Shown here one piece after another: positions 1 through 8,724 of a DNA stretch of 17,198 nt. Both the position numbers and the translations under genes were made by a program. Origin of the DNA: Candidatus Hodarchaeota archaeon (lineage in GTDB: Archaea > Asgardarchaeota > Heimdallarchaeia > Hodarchaeales > Hodarchaeaceae); the NCBI GenBank assembly GCA_016839785.1, contig JAEOTQ010000142.1, forward strand, positions 1-17,198. The letters run 5' to 3'. The stretch's first letter is position 1, and each line of letters starts with the position of its first letter. The notes under the pieces are model-generated. The model searched no databases, was not told where the DNA came from, and saw only the letters and a list, made by a program, of their open reading frames with translations.

Positions 1-14
1 GGATTTTCGGAGTT

Positions 15-46
15 AAAAAAAAGAAAAAAGACGTAGACTCGTCTTA
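15..46 (-). terminator. Hairpin plus U-tract terminator of the thermosome operon
   Basis: Minus strand reads TAAGACG-AGTCTA-CGTCTTTTTTCTTTTTTTT. The 6-bp stem (28-33/40-45) overlaps the TAA stop and runs into T6-C-T8. Confidence 0.6.
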
Positions 47-1672
47 ATCGAAGTCGTCTCCGCCCATGCCTTCAGGACCACCTGGCCCATCAGGAGGACC
101 ACCAGCACCTGCTTTTGCGGAAATTATATCATCGATTCTCAAAATCATCTGAGCAGTTTCACTAGCAGCTGAAATAGCGTGAGTCTTAACACGTAGGGGT
201 TCAGTGACTCCTTCCATGTTTTTAACTTTTCCACCAAAAACGTCTACACCAGCTTTGAAATTCCCACTTTCATGTTTGTTTCGAAGTGCAACAATGATGT
301 CAATAGGATCCAAACCAGCATTTTCAGCAAGAGTTCTAGGGATGATTTCGAGTGCATTAGCGAAAGCCTGAACAGCAAGCTGTTCACGTCCTACAAGGGA
401 TTCGGCAAATTTATGCAATTTACGACTGACGTATGCTTCTGGAGCACCGCCACCAGCCACAACTTTTTTATCTTCTAAGACATTGCGCACAACGCAGATT
501 GCGTCATGAATAGATCTCTCAGCTTCATCAACAACAAGTTCTGTGCCTCCACGAACTAAGATGGTAACAGCTTTTGCTTTAGGACAATCTTCAACAAATA
601 CCATATCATCGTCACCGATTTTGGTTTCGTAAACCTTACCAGCAGTGCCTAGATCGGCAGCTGATAAATCACTTAACTTGTTAACAATTGAAGCTCCAGT
701 GGCTTTACCAAGCTTTTCAATATCAGATTTTTTGACTCGACGAATGCCCATAATACCTTGTTTTGCTAAGAGGTGTTGTGCAACATCATCAATACCCTTT
801 TGAGCAATAACTACGTTGGCACCTGCAGCAACGACACTGTCTACCATCTTTTGAAGCATCGAGGCTTCACGATCCAAGAATTCTTGGATTTTGGAAGGAT
901 CAGTGATACTGAGTTCCGAGTCAAATTCAGTTTTAGAAACCTCAAAAGCTTCAGTTATCAGAGCGATTTTGGGATTTTCAAGACTTTTGGGCATACCAGC
1001 ATGAACAACCTCTTTGTCAAGAACAATGCCTTTAACCAAGACAGTAGCTTCAATATCTTCGCCTTCTTTCTTTTCTACCTTAATATCATCAATATCAATC
1101 TTGCCTGTTCCAGCGTCAATGCTTTTAACAGCATCAATAACTATTGAGGAAAGAAGCCCACTTGAACGGGCAACTATTTTTGAACCCATTGAAGTAGTAA
1201 CAATCTCTTTCAAGAGATCATTGTCGTCTGCAGAGACGTCTGTAGCAATTTCGTTGAGATATTCAATAGCTTTTTCAGTAGCTAATCTATATCCTTCTAC
1301 AAGAATTGTAGGATGGATTTTATCACCGGAAATTAACTCAGCAGCTTGGGAAAGCAACTCACCAGCAAGAATAACAACAGTGGTTGTTCCGTCACCAACT
1401 TCTTGATCTTGAATTTTTGAAAGTTCAACCATCATCTTACCTACTGGATGGGCAATATCAATCTCTTTCAGGATCGTTGCACCATCATTGGTAATAACAA
1501 CATCACCAAAATTGTCCAAAAGCATTTTGTCCATACCTTTGGGTCCAAGGGCAGAACGAATTGCTTCAGAGATAACACGAGCTGCAGCGATATTGCTACC
1601 TACTGCATCTTTTCCAGTTGTTCGTTGGGTATCATCTTTTAATATTAATACGGGGGTACCTTGAAATGTCAT
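44..1672 (-). CDS. thsB: Thermosome (group II chaperonin) subunit with acidic C-terminal tail, 542 aa
   Basis: Motifs [58 protein letters not shown] (1681-1685) lies 8 nt before the ATG. The alpha/beta naming is arbitrary. Confidence 0.97.
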   Translation of the reverse strand: MTFQGTPVLILKDDTQRTTGKDAVGSNIAAARVISEAIRSALGPKGMDKMLLDNFGDVVITNDGATILKEIDIAHPVGKMMVELSKIQDQEVGDGTTTVVILAGELLSQAAELISGDKIHPTILVEGYRLATEKAIEYLNEIATDVSADDNDLLKEIVTTSMGSKIVARSSGLLSSIVIDAVKSIDAGTGKIDIDDIKVEKKEGEDIEATVLVKGIVLDKEVVHAGMPKSLENPKIALITEAFEVSKTEFDSELSITDPSKIQEFLDREASMLQKMVDSVVAAGANVVIAQKGIDDVAQHLLAKQGIMGIRRVKKSDIEKLGKATGASIVNKLSDLSAADLGTAGKVYETKIGDDDMVFVEDCPKAKAVTILVRGGTELVVDEAERSIHDAICVVRNVLEDKKVVAGGGAPEAYVSRKLHKFAESLVGREQLAVQAFANALEIIPRTLAENAGLDPIDIIVALRNKHESGNFKAGVDVFGGKVKNMEGVTEPLRVKTHAISAASETAQMILRIDDIISAKAGAGGPPDGPGGPEGMGGDDFD

Positions 1673-1684
1673 TTCTTTTTCCTC

Positions 1685-3346
1685 CTACATCATTGGGGGC
1701 ATTCCGCCCATGCCACCCATTCCGCCCATACCACCCATTCCGCCCATACCTGGGGGCATACCGCCTGGGGCACCACCACCACCCGATTTACTCTGAATGA
1801 CATCATCAATACGAAGAATCAATTCAGCAGCTTCACGAGCAGATCTAAGTGCTTGGCGTTTCACACGGAGAGGTTCAATAATGCCAGCTTTGAAGGCATC
1901 AACATTTTTACCAGTTTCTACATTGACACCAATGTTAGTATTGCCTTGTTCGTGTGCGGCTCGTAACTCAACCAATACATCAATTGAATCAAGACCAGCA
2001 TTTTCAGCTAAGGTTCGGGGAATGATTTCCACCGCATCTGCAAATGCATCAACAGCCATTTGCTCACGACCTTTTACTGTTCCAGCAAATTCTTTGAGAC
2101 CTCTGTGGAGTTCAATTTCAGGACTTCCTGCACCAGCTACAGCCCAACCATCTTCCAGAACATCTCTTACGACGCATAAAGCATCGTGTAAAGCACGTTC
2201 AGCTTCATCAGTGACATATTTAGTGCCACCACGAAGAACGATTGAAACAGACTTGGGATTAGGACAATCTCTCACGTAGATGAGTTTTTCGTCTCCAATT
2301 TGAACTTCTTCAATGAGTCCTGCCGAACCTAAATCGTCAGCAGATAGATCTTTAAGATTAGTGACTACTTTAGCACCTGTGGCACGAGCAAGTTTCTCCA
2401 TATCGGATTTCTTGACTCGACGAACCGCAAGAATACCTTGCTTGGCAAGGAAATGTTGAGCTAAATCATCGATACCTTTCTGGCACAAAACAGTAGTAGC
2501 ACCAGAGGCCTGAATTTTATCAACCATATCTTGAATCATGGATTGTTCCTGATCAAGGAATGCATCCATCATAGAAGCTTCAGTAATGCGGATTTTCGCA
2601 TCAAATTCTGTCTTCTTGATTTCTAATGCAACATCGATTAGTGCAATGGAAGGCTTTTCAACAGAAGAAGGCATTCGAGTATTTACGACTTCTTTGTCAA
2701 TCACAATTCCTTGAATGAGTTCAGAATCAGTCAGACTCTTGCCTTGCTTTTGGATAATCGAGATCATATCTATATCCACTTTCTTATCCTCCATAACTGC
2801 TCTGGTAGCGGTAACAGCCATATCTGAGAGTAGAGTTTTTGCACCCCCAACTGATTTGGAATTCAGAGAGGTTCTAGCAATGGCAGTCAGACTCTCAGTA
2901 TCATCAGCTTCCACTTTATTGGCAATAGCTTGTAAGATCTCGGCAGCTTTATCAGAGGCGAGTTTGAAACCGCCAATGATAACGGTAGGATGAATCTTCT
3001 GATCAAGCAATTTTTCAGCTCGTTTGAGTAATTCACCAGCGATGATTACCGAAGTAGTCGTTCCATCGCCTACCTCTTGATCCTGTACTTTTGCTACTTG
3101 TACCAGCATTTTGGCTGCAGGATGTTGAACATCAATCTCGTCTAGAATCGTAGCTCCATCGTTTGTAATTACGACATCGCCTAATGAATCCACGAGTAAC
3201 TTATCCATACCTCGTGGGCCTAATGCACTACGTACTGCATCAGCCACGGCTATGGCGGCCTGAATATTATTTCGTTGAGCATCACGGCCGCGTGAACGCT
3301 CACTTCCTTCTTTAAGGATTATAACTGGTTGTCCACCTAGTTGCAT
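1685..3346 (-). CDS. thsA: Thermosome (group II chaperonin) subunit with GGM-repeat tail, 553 aa
   Basis: Motifs [51 protein letters not shown] at 3355-3359. The alpha/beta naming is arbitrary. Confidence 0.97.
   Translation of the reverse strand: MQLGGQPVIILKEGSERSRGRDAQRNNIQAAIAVADAVRSALGPRGMDKLLVDSLGDVVITNDGATILDEIDVQHPAAKMLVQVAKVQDQEVGDGTTTSVIIAGELLKRAEKLLDQKIHPTVIIGGFKLASDKAAEILQAIANKVEADDTESLTAIARTSLNSKSVGGAKTLLSDMAVTATRAVMEDKKVDIDMISIIQKQGKSLTDSELIQGIVIDKEVVNTRMPSSVEKPSIALIDVALEIKKTEFDAKIRITEASMMDAFLDQEQSMIQDMVDKIQASGATTVLCQKGIDDLAQHFLAKQGILAVRRVKKSDMEKLARATGAKVVTNLKDLSADDLGSAGLIEEVQIGDEKLIYVRDCPNPKSVSIVLRGGTKYVTDEAERALHDALCVVRDVLEDGWAVAGAGSPEIELHRGLKEFAGTVKGREQMAVDAFADAVEIIPRTLAENAGLDSIDVLVELRAAHEQGNTNIGVNVETGKNVDAFKAGIIEPLRVKRQALRSAREAAELILRIDDVIQSKSGGGGAPGGMPPGMGGMGGMGGMGGMGGMPPMM
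1700..1750 (-). repeat. 9-nt coding tandem repeat encoding GM(GGM)5
   Basis: The + strand shows repeated catNccNcc units; the protein tail is [23 protein letters not shown]. Confidence 0.9.
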
Positions 3347-3379
3347 AGGAAATTACCTCATATATTGAATCATGCAACA

Positions 3380-3430
3380 AACTGATAGTCATTGTCAGTA
3401 GAATGAAATATTACTAATGACTATACAGTT
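3380..3430. promoter_or_regulatory. Imperfect inverted repeat upstream of the thermosome operon
   Basis: AACTG (3380-84) pairs with CAGTT (3426-30), ATAGTCATT (3385-93) with AATGACTAT (3416-24), and AGTA (3397-3400) with TACT (3412-15). The repeat is seen directly; its function is inferred from position only. Confidence 0.45.
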
Positions 3431-3762
3431 ATTGGGGAGTTTTACACTCGGACAACCCTCATTTGTACAGATTTTTATTTATTGTTATGTGCTTCCGGAC
3501 GATTTCTATGTAATTCCTATAATTTCATGTAATATTTTTCAAGGATTATTCTACCAATCTCCACAAAGATTGCATGATAAAATCATACCGAATCACGAAT
3601 CCAGAAATTATCCTAGTTTTCTAAATCACTTTGTCTTGAATAGTTTGGATCAGTGTCAATCAACAGATGCGAAAGATCTATTGCAAGAAATTAAGAAAAT
3701 AGCTGACTAACATGAAAACCTAATTGTTGATGAAATGTTTCTCCGCGAACTAAGATATCTAA

Positions 3763-4707
3763 ATGGTTTTTGGCTTGAACATAGGCCTTATAAGGAGTGT
3801 TCGCCCTCTTAACGAGATTATTATGTTATTGACCGAATTCATTCAACTAGTCATTGATGCCTATGTAAACACTCCTTTTGTTGATCTTCCGCTTGTACTT
3901 TCTGGATTCCTCTATATTATTCCAACTGGCCTTTCTATTTACTACTACAACAAAGTAGGTTCTTTTGATTATCTTATAATAGGTATAATGACACTAATTA
4001 TGTTTGTTGACCTCGCTTTTCTACCACTTCGAGGCCTTTATGGAGTTGTTAGTCCTGTAATGGATGACATTCTTCTCCATTTAGTGTATTTTACTGGTGT
4101 TTTCGCGATTCCGTTCGCATTACTTCATTGTGTTAGGTATAAATGGGGAAATCAGTCTAGGCTCCTGATGGGAGTATTATGCGTTTTTCTATTTCTATTT
4201 GTACGGGCAACCTTGTTAATATATTTCTTTGAAGTCTTAGTTCCCTACGACTTTCTTGTAGGTCTCTCTTTCGAATTAATTCGGACATCAGTTGGTTTAT
4301 TCTGGATGTATGTATATCTTAGCACTGTTCAAGTTATTAAATACGAACGAATTCGAATACCCAGGGCCTTATGGATATTCTATGGATTTTATTCAGTAAT
4401 CGTTGGGTGTCTTGGTATTCTTCGTGAGTTCTCCCAAGAGTTTGACTTCACAGTTATATTTCCCGATATCCAAGAAATAATATGGAACCTGGGATTTTTT
4501 GGCAGTGTATTCACGCTTTTAGTTATAGCCTCTTTGTTTCCCGAGATGTTTTTGCTTTCTGAAGCACAAATCCATGATGCTAGAAAACTATATGATGAAG
4601 CTGAACGGATTAATTGTAACTCTGAAAAATTGGATAAAGATAAATTATTGGCTCATATGTGTACATATCTCAAAGAAGCCAAAAAATTTGTGAAAGATAC
4701 CAGTTGA
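3763..4707 (+). CDS. Hypothetical integral membrane protein, about 7 TM helices plus a soluble helical C-terminal tail (start may be ATG 3823)
   Basis: 314-aa ORF with seven hydrophobic segments counted by eye, followed by the charged tail PEMFLLSEAQIHDARKLY...YLKEAKK. Confidence 0.8.
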   Translation: MVFGLNIGLIRSVRPLNEIIMLLTEFIQLVIDAYVNTPFVDLPLVLSGFLYIIPTGLSIYYYNKVGSFDYLIIGIMTLIMFVDLAFLPLRGLYGVVSPVMDDILLHLVYFTGVFAIPFALLHCVRYKWGNQSRLLMGVLCVFLFLFVRATLLIYFFEVLVPYDFLVGLSFELIRTSVGLFWMYVYLSTVQVIKYERIRIPRALWIFYGFYSVIVGCLGILREFSQEFDFTVIFPDIQEIIWNLGFFGSVFTLLVIASLFPEMFLLSEAQIHDARKLYDEAERINCNSEKLDKDKLLAHMCTYLKEAKKFVKDTS

Positions 4708-4733
4708 AATCACCTTTAAATTAGGTGATTTCA
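4705..4733. terminator. Perfect 11-bp inverted repeat between convergent genes, probable bidirectional terminator or 3'-end hairpin
   Basis: TGAAATCACCT-ttaaatt-AGGTGATTTCA. The left arm starts with the TGA stop of the 3763-4707 gene. Confidence 0.55.
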
Positions 4734-4751
4734 TATATTTTCTGAGAGAGA

Positions 4752-5453
4752 TTAAATCCCAAATCTCATATTCGCATTTTTGCTGTAGGGGTAATTCCAA
4801 TATTTTCGTGTAATATTTTTCAGAGACTGTGGATATGTTGCAATGAAGGATTGCTTCTTCTTAAAAGCCAACAATCCAAGAGCAAGCATAAAATCAAGAG
4901 CAAGCATTAAAACTTGGTGGATAAAAGGATCGGGGTTAAATTCCAAGAATATAAAAGTAACAGGCATATGGAGAAAGAGAGCCATTGTGACGATGCTTAG
5001 ACGTAAATCTCTACCCTGATAGGCAAGATAGAGGTATGGTACGGGGACAAGTGAGACTAGAGTGAGTAAGGCAATTTTATTTATTATAAAAAGTGTCGGC
5101 TCAAGGTTGAAAGTCAATATTGATCCAATGAGCGTTATGGCCCCTACAAAAATATACCAGATGTATCTATTAATATTAATTATTTCAAATTCGATCGTGC
5201 TGGAGGCTATTATTCCCACTCCAATAGCTACAAACAATGCAAAGTAATCACTTGCTATAAGGTTATCATCAGTACTTAGATACACACCTATGGCAATTAA
5301 AGACCCAAATGCCCATGAAATAAATGTACCCATCCAGTACAAGCTAATCGAGATTTCTTCCTTTTTGTATTTTAAGAAGAAGTAATAAGCAATTCCAGAA
5401 TAAAACACGATTGCTATAATTCTTATCAATGATTCCAAACTTAGCAATGGCAT
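4752..5453 (-). CDS. Hypothetical integral membrane protein, about 7 TM helices, 233 aa
   Basis: Seven hydrophobic segments with short loops and a basic C-terminal tail. SD AGGTG (5461-5465) and a TATA box lie upstream. Confidence 0.8.
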   Translation of the reverse strand: MPLLSLESLIRIIAIVFYSGIAYYFFLKYKKEEISISLYWMGTFISWAFGSLIAIGVYLSTDDNLIASDYFALFVAIGVGIIASSTIEFEIININRYIWYIFVGAITLIGSILTFNLEPTLFIINKIALLTLVSLVPVPYLYLAYQGRDLRLSIVTMALFLHMPVTFIFLEFNPDPFIHQVLMLALDFMLALGLLAFKKKQSFIATYPQSLKNITRKYWNYPYSKNANMRFGI

Positions 5454-5492
5454 AGTTTAACACCTATTCAAATGAAATTATTAGCCTTGAGG

Positions 5493-5500
5493 CTTTTATA
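5493..5500 (-). promoter_or_regulatory. Archaeal TATA box for the 233-aa membrane protein gene
   Basis: TATAAAAG on the minus strand, 40-47 nt upstream of the ATG, leaving room for a short leader carrying the SD. Confidence 0.5.
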
Positions 5501-5656
5501 GCCAGATTCACTCTCTTAGTTTAATGAATATCGAGTCATTCAGGAATTTTTTCCTTGAATTACCCATCTCAGAGGAGAGAAAAGACAGAATTTTGGAACT
5601 TCTCGAATTTTCAAAAATTCAAACAAGATTATTGGAGATTATTCTACTTGATTGCG

Positions 5657-5708
5657 AAAATAAAGTAAGAGACGAAAATAAATAGGGGAAAAATAGTTAC
5701 TATTCCCC
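5657..5708 (-). terminator. Bulged hairpin plus T-rich tract after the metallophosphoesterase gene
   Basis: Minus strand reads GGGGAATAG-TAA-CTATT(TTT)CCCC, then TATTTATTTTCGTCTCTTACTTTATTTT, beginning 13 nt after the stop. Confidence 0.45.
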
Positions 5709-5721
5709 AATTCTTAGAATT

Positions 5722-7764
5722 TTACTTTCGCCTTCTTCGTACTATTGGGATAGCGGAGATAAACAACAGTAACTCAACTAACAGGAATGCTGTGGCTGAA
5801 GCTGTTGTGGTCGTCGTTATCGTGGTAGAAGGGGAGGGATTCGATGGAGGTGCAACAGTAATAGGCGGACAGGCAGGAACTGGAATAGATATCTCCATGA
5901 TACTGGAATAAACCGAGACTATATGATTGGATTCGGCAGCAATATTATATTGGACATCAAGAACTCGTATCCCATTTTGTACAAACGAGTTATAAAGAGT
6001 ACCGCCTGAGATATTATATGCAGGTCCATCTTGCATGTAAAAACGTATATGTGCATCAGTGTATGACTGACTGAAACAATTTCTTACAGCTACTGCTTGA
6101 TTTGCTCGACTTCCATCGTTATCATACATGAAATAGCTTGCTAGTCCTCCTATTGGATTTGAAGGTGCATAGAAAGCTGAAGCATTAGGACTGGCATACG
6201 AGAAGTTAATCATTTCATTATTCGCAATATTGACTACCCTGAAGCTGCAAATATCTCCTACTGCCTCTGTGGTGCCAATATGATGGAGATCTCCAGTTTT
6301 ATCGTATTTATCAAGATGTAAATGCCCATGAAGATGCGCAGCTGCTCCTATAGTTTGTAGTTTTGAAATTATTGCATTACGTTCCGCATCACCTTGAATA
6401 ACTTCCTCACTAGGTTTACCATATGTGGATAAGGGATGATGGAGCATTAAAAATTTCATATCTGCTGAGGCGACGGTATCAAGGGCATCCATCACAAAAT
6501 TATAGTTTGCAATACCATCATCCTTGACATCATTAAATTGTAGACTATGGCTATCCCCTCGGACGAATGCATGGGAACCATAATAGAATATTCCACTTGT
6601 TGGCCCTATTATGGTCGACCACATACCTTTTCCACTTCCCCATTCATAAACTCCTGGAGTGGAGGCTGTTGCTTCGAAATCTCCATGATTGCCTATGATT
6701 GAAACAACAGGTGCGTTGTCTAGATATAGATCACACCATCTTCTGAAATTTAATAAAGCAATCTCATCTGTCCATTCAGTTAAATCACCTACAACAAGAA
6801 TAAATTCTGGATTAAGAAGATTAACTTCTCGTAGAACATCTGTGAAGTTACCTTTACCTGATTCTTCACTTCCGTATTTCCATCCTCCAGACCCATCTCT
6901 ATGAAATTGTGGGTCACCAAGGACTACAAATTTATACTCAGACTTAAATTCTTCAATTAATTTTAGTGAGTTTGGTTCCCAGTCATAGCGTTCCCGTTCA
7001 TTTATTGTCGCAGAGATGTTTACATCAAACAGCCCGATTTGTGAAGGAGCACTAAAACTAAGTTCCCAGATGCCGTTAGTTGGATTAAAAGATGGAGAAA
7101 CGGTGGGTTCAATTGGATTTCCTACACCATTTAATGTTACATGCCAATCTGAGGCGGAAGCAGGAGCTTCAAGCTCAATATCAATAGAAGATGCATTTAA
7201 GGCAATTAATGGCTGAGCAAAGGTTGGTTGAACTACTGAAATGCGCTCATCTTTAAGTAAGGAGTTAATGAACCAATAATTTCCATTATTATTATCTCGT
7301 ATGGCTGCTTCGTCTTCGAAGTAAATTACTAAGTACTCAGGTTTATCATTCATGTTTATAGAAATCGTCCATATACCGCCTGAATCTATCATAGGGGTTT
7401 TTACGAATCGATATGAAGTTAAGGTGTATTCGACTTCGGTGCCAGTGGGCCAGATCTCCATTGAAGGAGGTACCGCTCCAAAATCTTTTCCCGCTACAAA
7501 TTCGTTTCCCCGAACATACATTCCCCAGACCAGGTAAACCTGACCTGCAGAGCTGAGAATCGTTGCGTCTGTAGCTGTAGGATCGTATGTAATTGTAACA
7601 GTCTCTCCCACGTCAGGAGTCAATGGATTCCATTCTACTGGATTAGTAGCAACTGATCCATCTGGAACAGCAGATTTAGAGCTATAAGTCGGGGGTACTA
7701 TCGAATTTAAAAGTAAGAATAAAAATAACGCAAGTAAAAACTTTTTTCTGGTGATCATATACAT
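5722..7764 (-). CDS. Secreted, C-terminally anchored calcineurin-like metallophosphoesterase with an N-terminal CBM-like beta domain, 680 aa
   Basis: Signal peptide (RKK plus hydrophobic stretch); CBM-like segment GETVTITY..VYLVWG..DNNNGNYW; metal motifs GDPQ, VGDLTE, GNH, HHP, HGHLH; Pro/Thr linker, TM helix and terminal RRRRK. Start at 7764 or 7758. Confidence 0.85.
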   Translation of the reverse strand: MYMITRKKFLLALFLFLLLNSIVPPTYSSKSAVPDGSVATNPVEWNPLTPDVGETVTITYDPTATDATILSSAGQVYLVWGMYVRGNEFVAGKDFGAVPPSMEIWPTGTEVEYTLTSYRFVKTPMIDSGGIWTISINMNDKPEYLVIYFEDEAAIRDNNNGNYWFINSLLKDERISVVQPTFAQPLIALNASSIDIELEAPASASDWHVTLNGVGNPIEPTVSPSFNPTNGIWELSFSAPSQIGLFDVNISATINERERYDWEPNSLKLIEEFKSEYKFVVLGDPQFHRDGSGGWKYGSEESGKGNFTDVLREVNLLNPEFILVVGDLTEWTDEIALLNFRRWCDLYLDNAPVVSIIGNHGDFEATASTPGVYEWGSGKGMWSTIIGPTSGIFYYGSHAFVRGDSHSLQFNDVKDDGIANYNFVMDALDTVASADMKFLMLHHPLSTYGKPSEEVIQGDAERNAIISKLQTIGAAAHLHGHLHLDKYDKTGDLHHIGTTEAVGDICSFRVVNIANNEMINFSYASPNASAFYAPSNPIGGLASYFMYDNDGSRANQAVAVRNCFSQSYTDAHIRFYMQDGPAYNISGGTLYNSFVQNGIRVLDVQYNIAAESNHIVSVYSSIMEISIPVPACPPITVAPPSNPSPSTTITTTTTASATAFLLVELLLFISAIPIVRRRRK

Positions 7765-8436
7765 TCAATCCATATTTTGTCTAGTTTAAAGTACAGCTGG
7801 TCATTCAAAGATATAACTATTGATTTTTATTTGATATTTCTTAACTATTACGAATGAAAAATGGAGGGATGAATTTCAGCTACTATTGATGCTTAAATCT
7901 AATTACTTTTTCTAGAACAATCTGTTATTCATCTACAAATCGTAAAAAAATACGAAAAGGGCCTAATTTTCTTTCTCTTTCTTCTTTTTCTAGCTTATCA
8001 GAAGAAGATATATCTTCAATTGTGTTTATCACTTCTTTATTGATCATCTGGCTTTAGAATCGGATAATGATAGTAATTTCATTAAGCAAATCGTAGAATA
8101 TATCAGTGATCAGGTAAATGCACGAAATCAATGAGTAAAATACCTTATTGAGACATTTTAGAGGAAAAAGAGTTCTTTGGAAGAGAACTTCTTAACTCGG
8201 TCATAAATACATTATGATGAGCTTGAACTGAAAGCATACTTGAAGTCATTATCATCTCAAACTTGGATAGAGAAATTTGAAATTTTATTGTGATAGAATC
8301 TAGAGTGGGAATTGAATCCTGTGGTATCTGAGCAATGAAAGAGAAAGATATTTAATAGTAAGTTTTTGGTGGCTTAAATATTCTAGATTAGTGTAATTTA
8401 GAATATGAAATTTTATTGAGAAAAGGTGAAATAAAA

Positions 8437-8640
8437 ATGGCAGGATTTGCAAGTGCAAGAATCGAAAAATTAATTCGTAATGCCGGTGCTCGTCGCGTTT
8501 CCGCAGGAGCTATCAGCAGACTGAACGAGGTCCTCACTGATTATAGTATGGATCTAGCAAAATACGCAGTTGAAGTTGCTCGACACTCTGGTCGAAAAAC
8601 TGTTAAAGAAAACGATGTTAAATTAGCAGCAGCTAAATAA
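8437..8640 (+). CDS. Archaeal histone (HMf/HPh family), 67 aa, no tail
   Basis: Histone-fold motifs LIRNAGARRVS and ARHSGRKTVKENDVKLA. SD GGTGA (8425-8429) 7 nt before ATG 8437 favours this start over TTG 8416. TATA candidates TTTAATA at 8351-8357 and TTAAATA at 8374-8380. Confidence 0.95.
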   Translation: MAGFASARIEKLIRNAGARRVSAGAISRLNEVLTDYSMDLAKYAVEVARHSGRKTVKENDVKLAAAK

Positions 8641-8680
8641 GCTGCTAATACTAACTGTTTTCCTTTTTTTTCTTATTTTA
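8622..8680 (+). terminator. Hairpin plus U-tract terminator of the histone gene
   Basis: ATTAGCAGC (8622-30) pairs with GCTGCTAAT (8641-49) around the TAA stop, followed by TTTTCCTTTTTTTTCTTATTTT. Confidence 0.65.
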
Positions 8681-8724
8681 TCTGTCTGGGGAGCCTAGGA
8701 TGATTGAAAACTAGCAAATACTTC

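Noticed and set aside
272-2993. Plus-strand ORFs of 60-160 aa opposite the thermosome genes
   Set aside because: Antisense shadows of strongly conserved genes, with no motifs of their own. The same applies to the short antisense ORFs inside the phosphoesterase, PLD, amidohydrolase, carbamoyltransferase and arcC genes.
3417-3710. 97-aa plus-strand ORF between the thermosome and 7TM genes
   Set aside because: No SD or recognisable motif, and it overlaps the expected thermosome promoter region. The C-terminal half looks protein-like, so a gene remnant cannot be excluded, but I cannot support a call.
5538-5620. Imperfect AT-rich inverted repeats in the 5454-5721 gap
   Set aside because: The arms are low-complexity and mismatched, as expected by chance at this AT content.
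8214-8262. Box C/D sRNA (ATGATGA followed by CTGA)
   Set aside because: Only 7 nt separate the boxes and there is no convincing C' or terminal D box.
8300-8325. tRNA T-arm-like GGATTCAATTCCC on the minus strand
   Set aside because: It lacks the G53-C61 pair, and no acceptor, D or anticodon stems can be formed around it.
8416-8436. N-terminal histone tail MRKGEIK from TTG 8416
   Set aside because: The extension is simply the SD (GGTGA) and spacer of ATG 8437, not a eukaryote-like tail.
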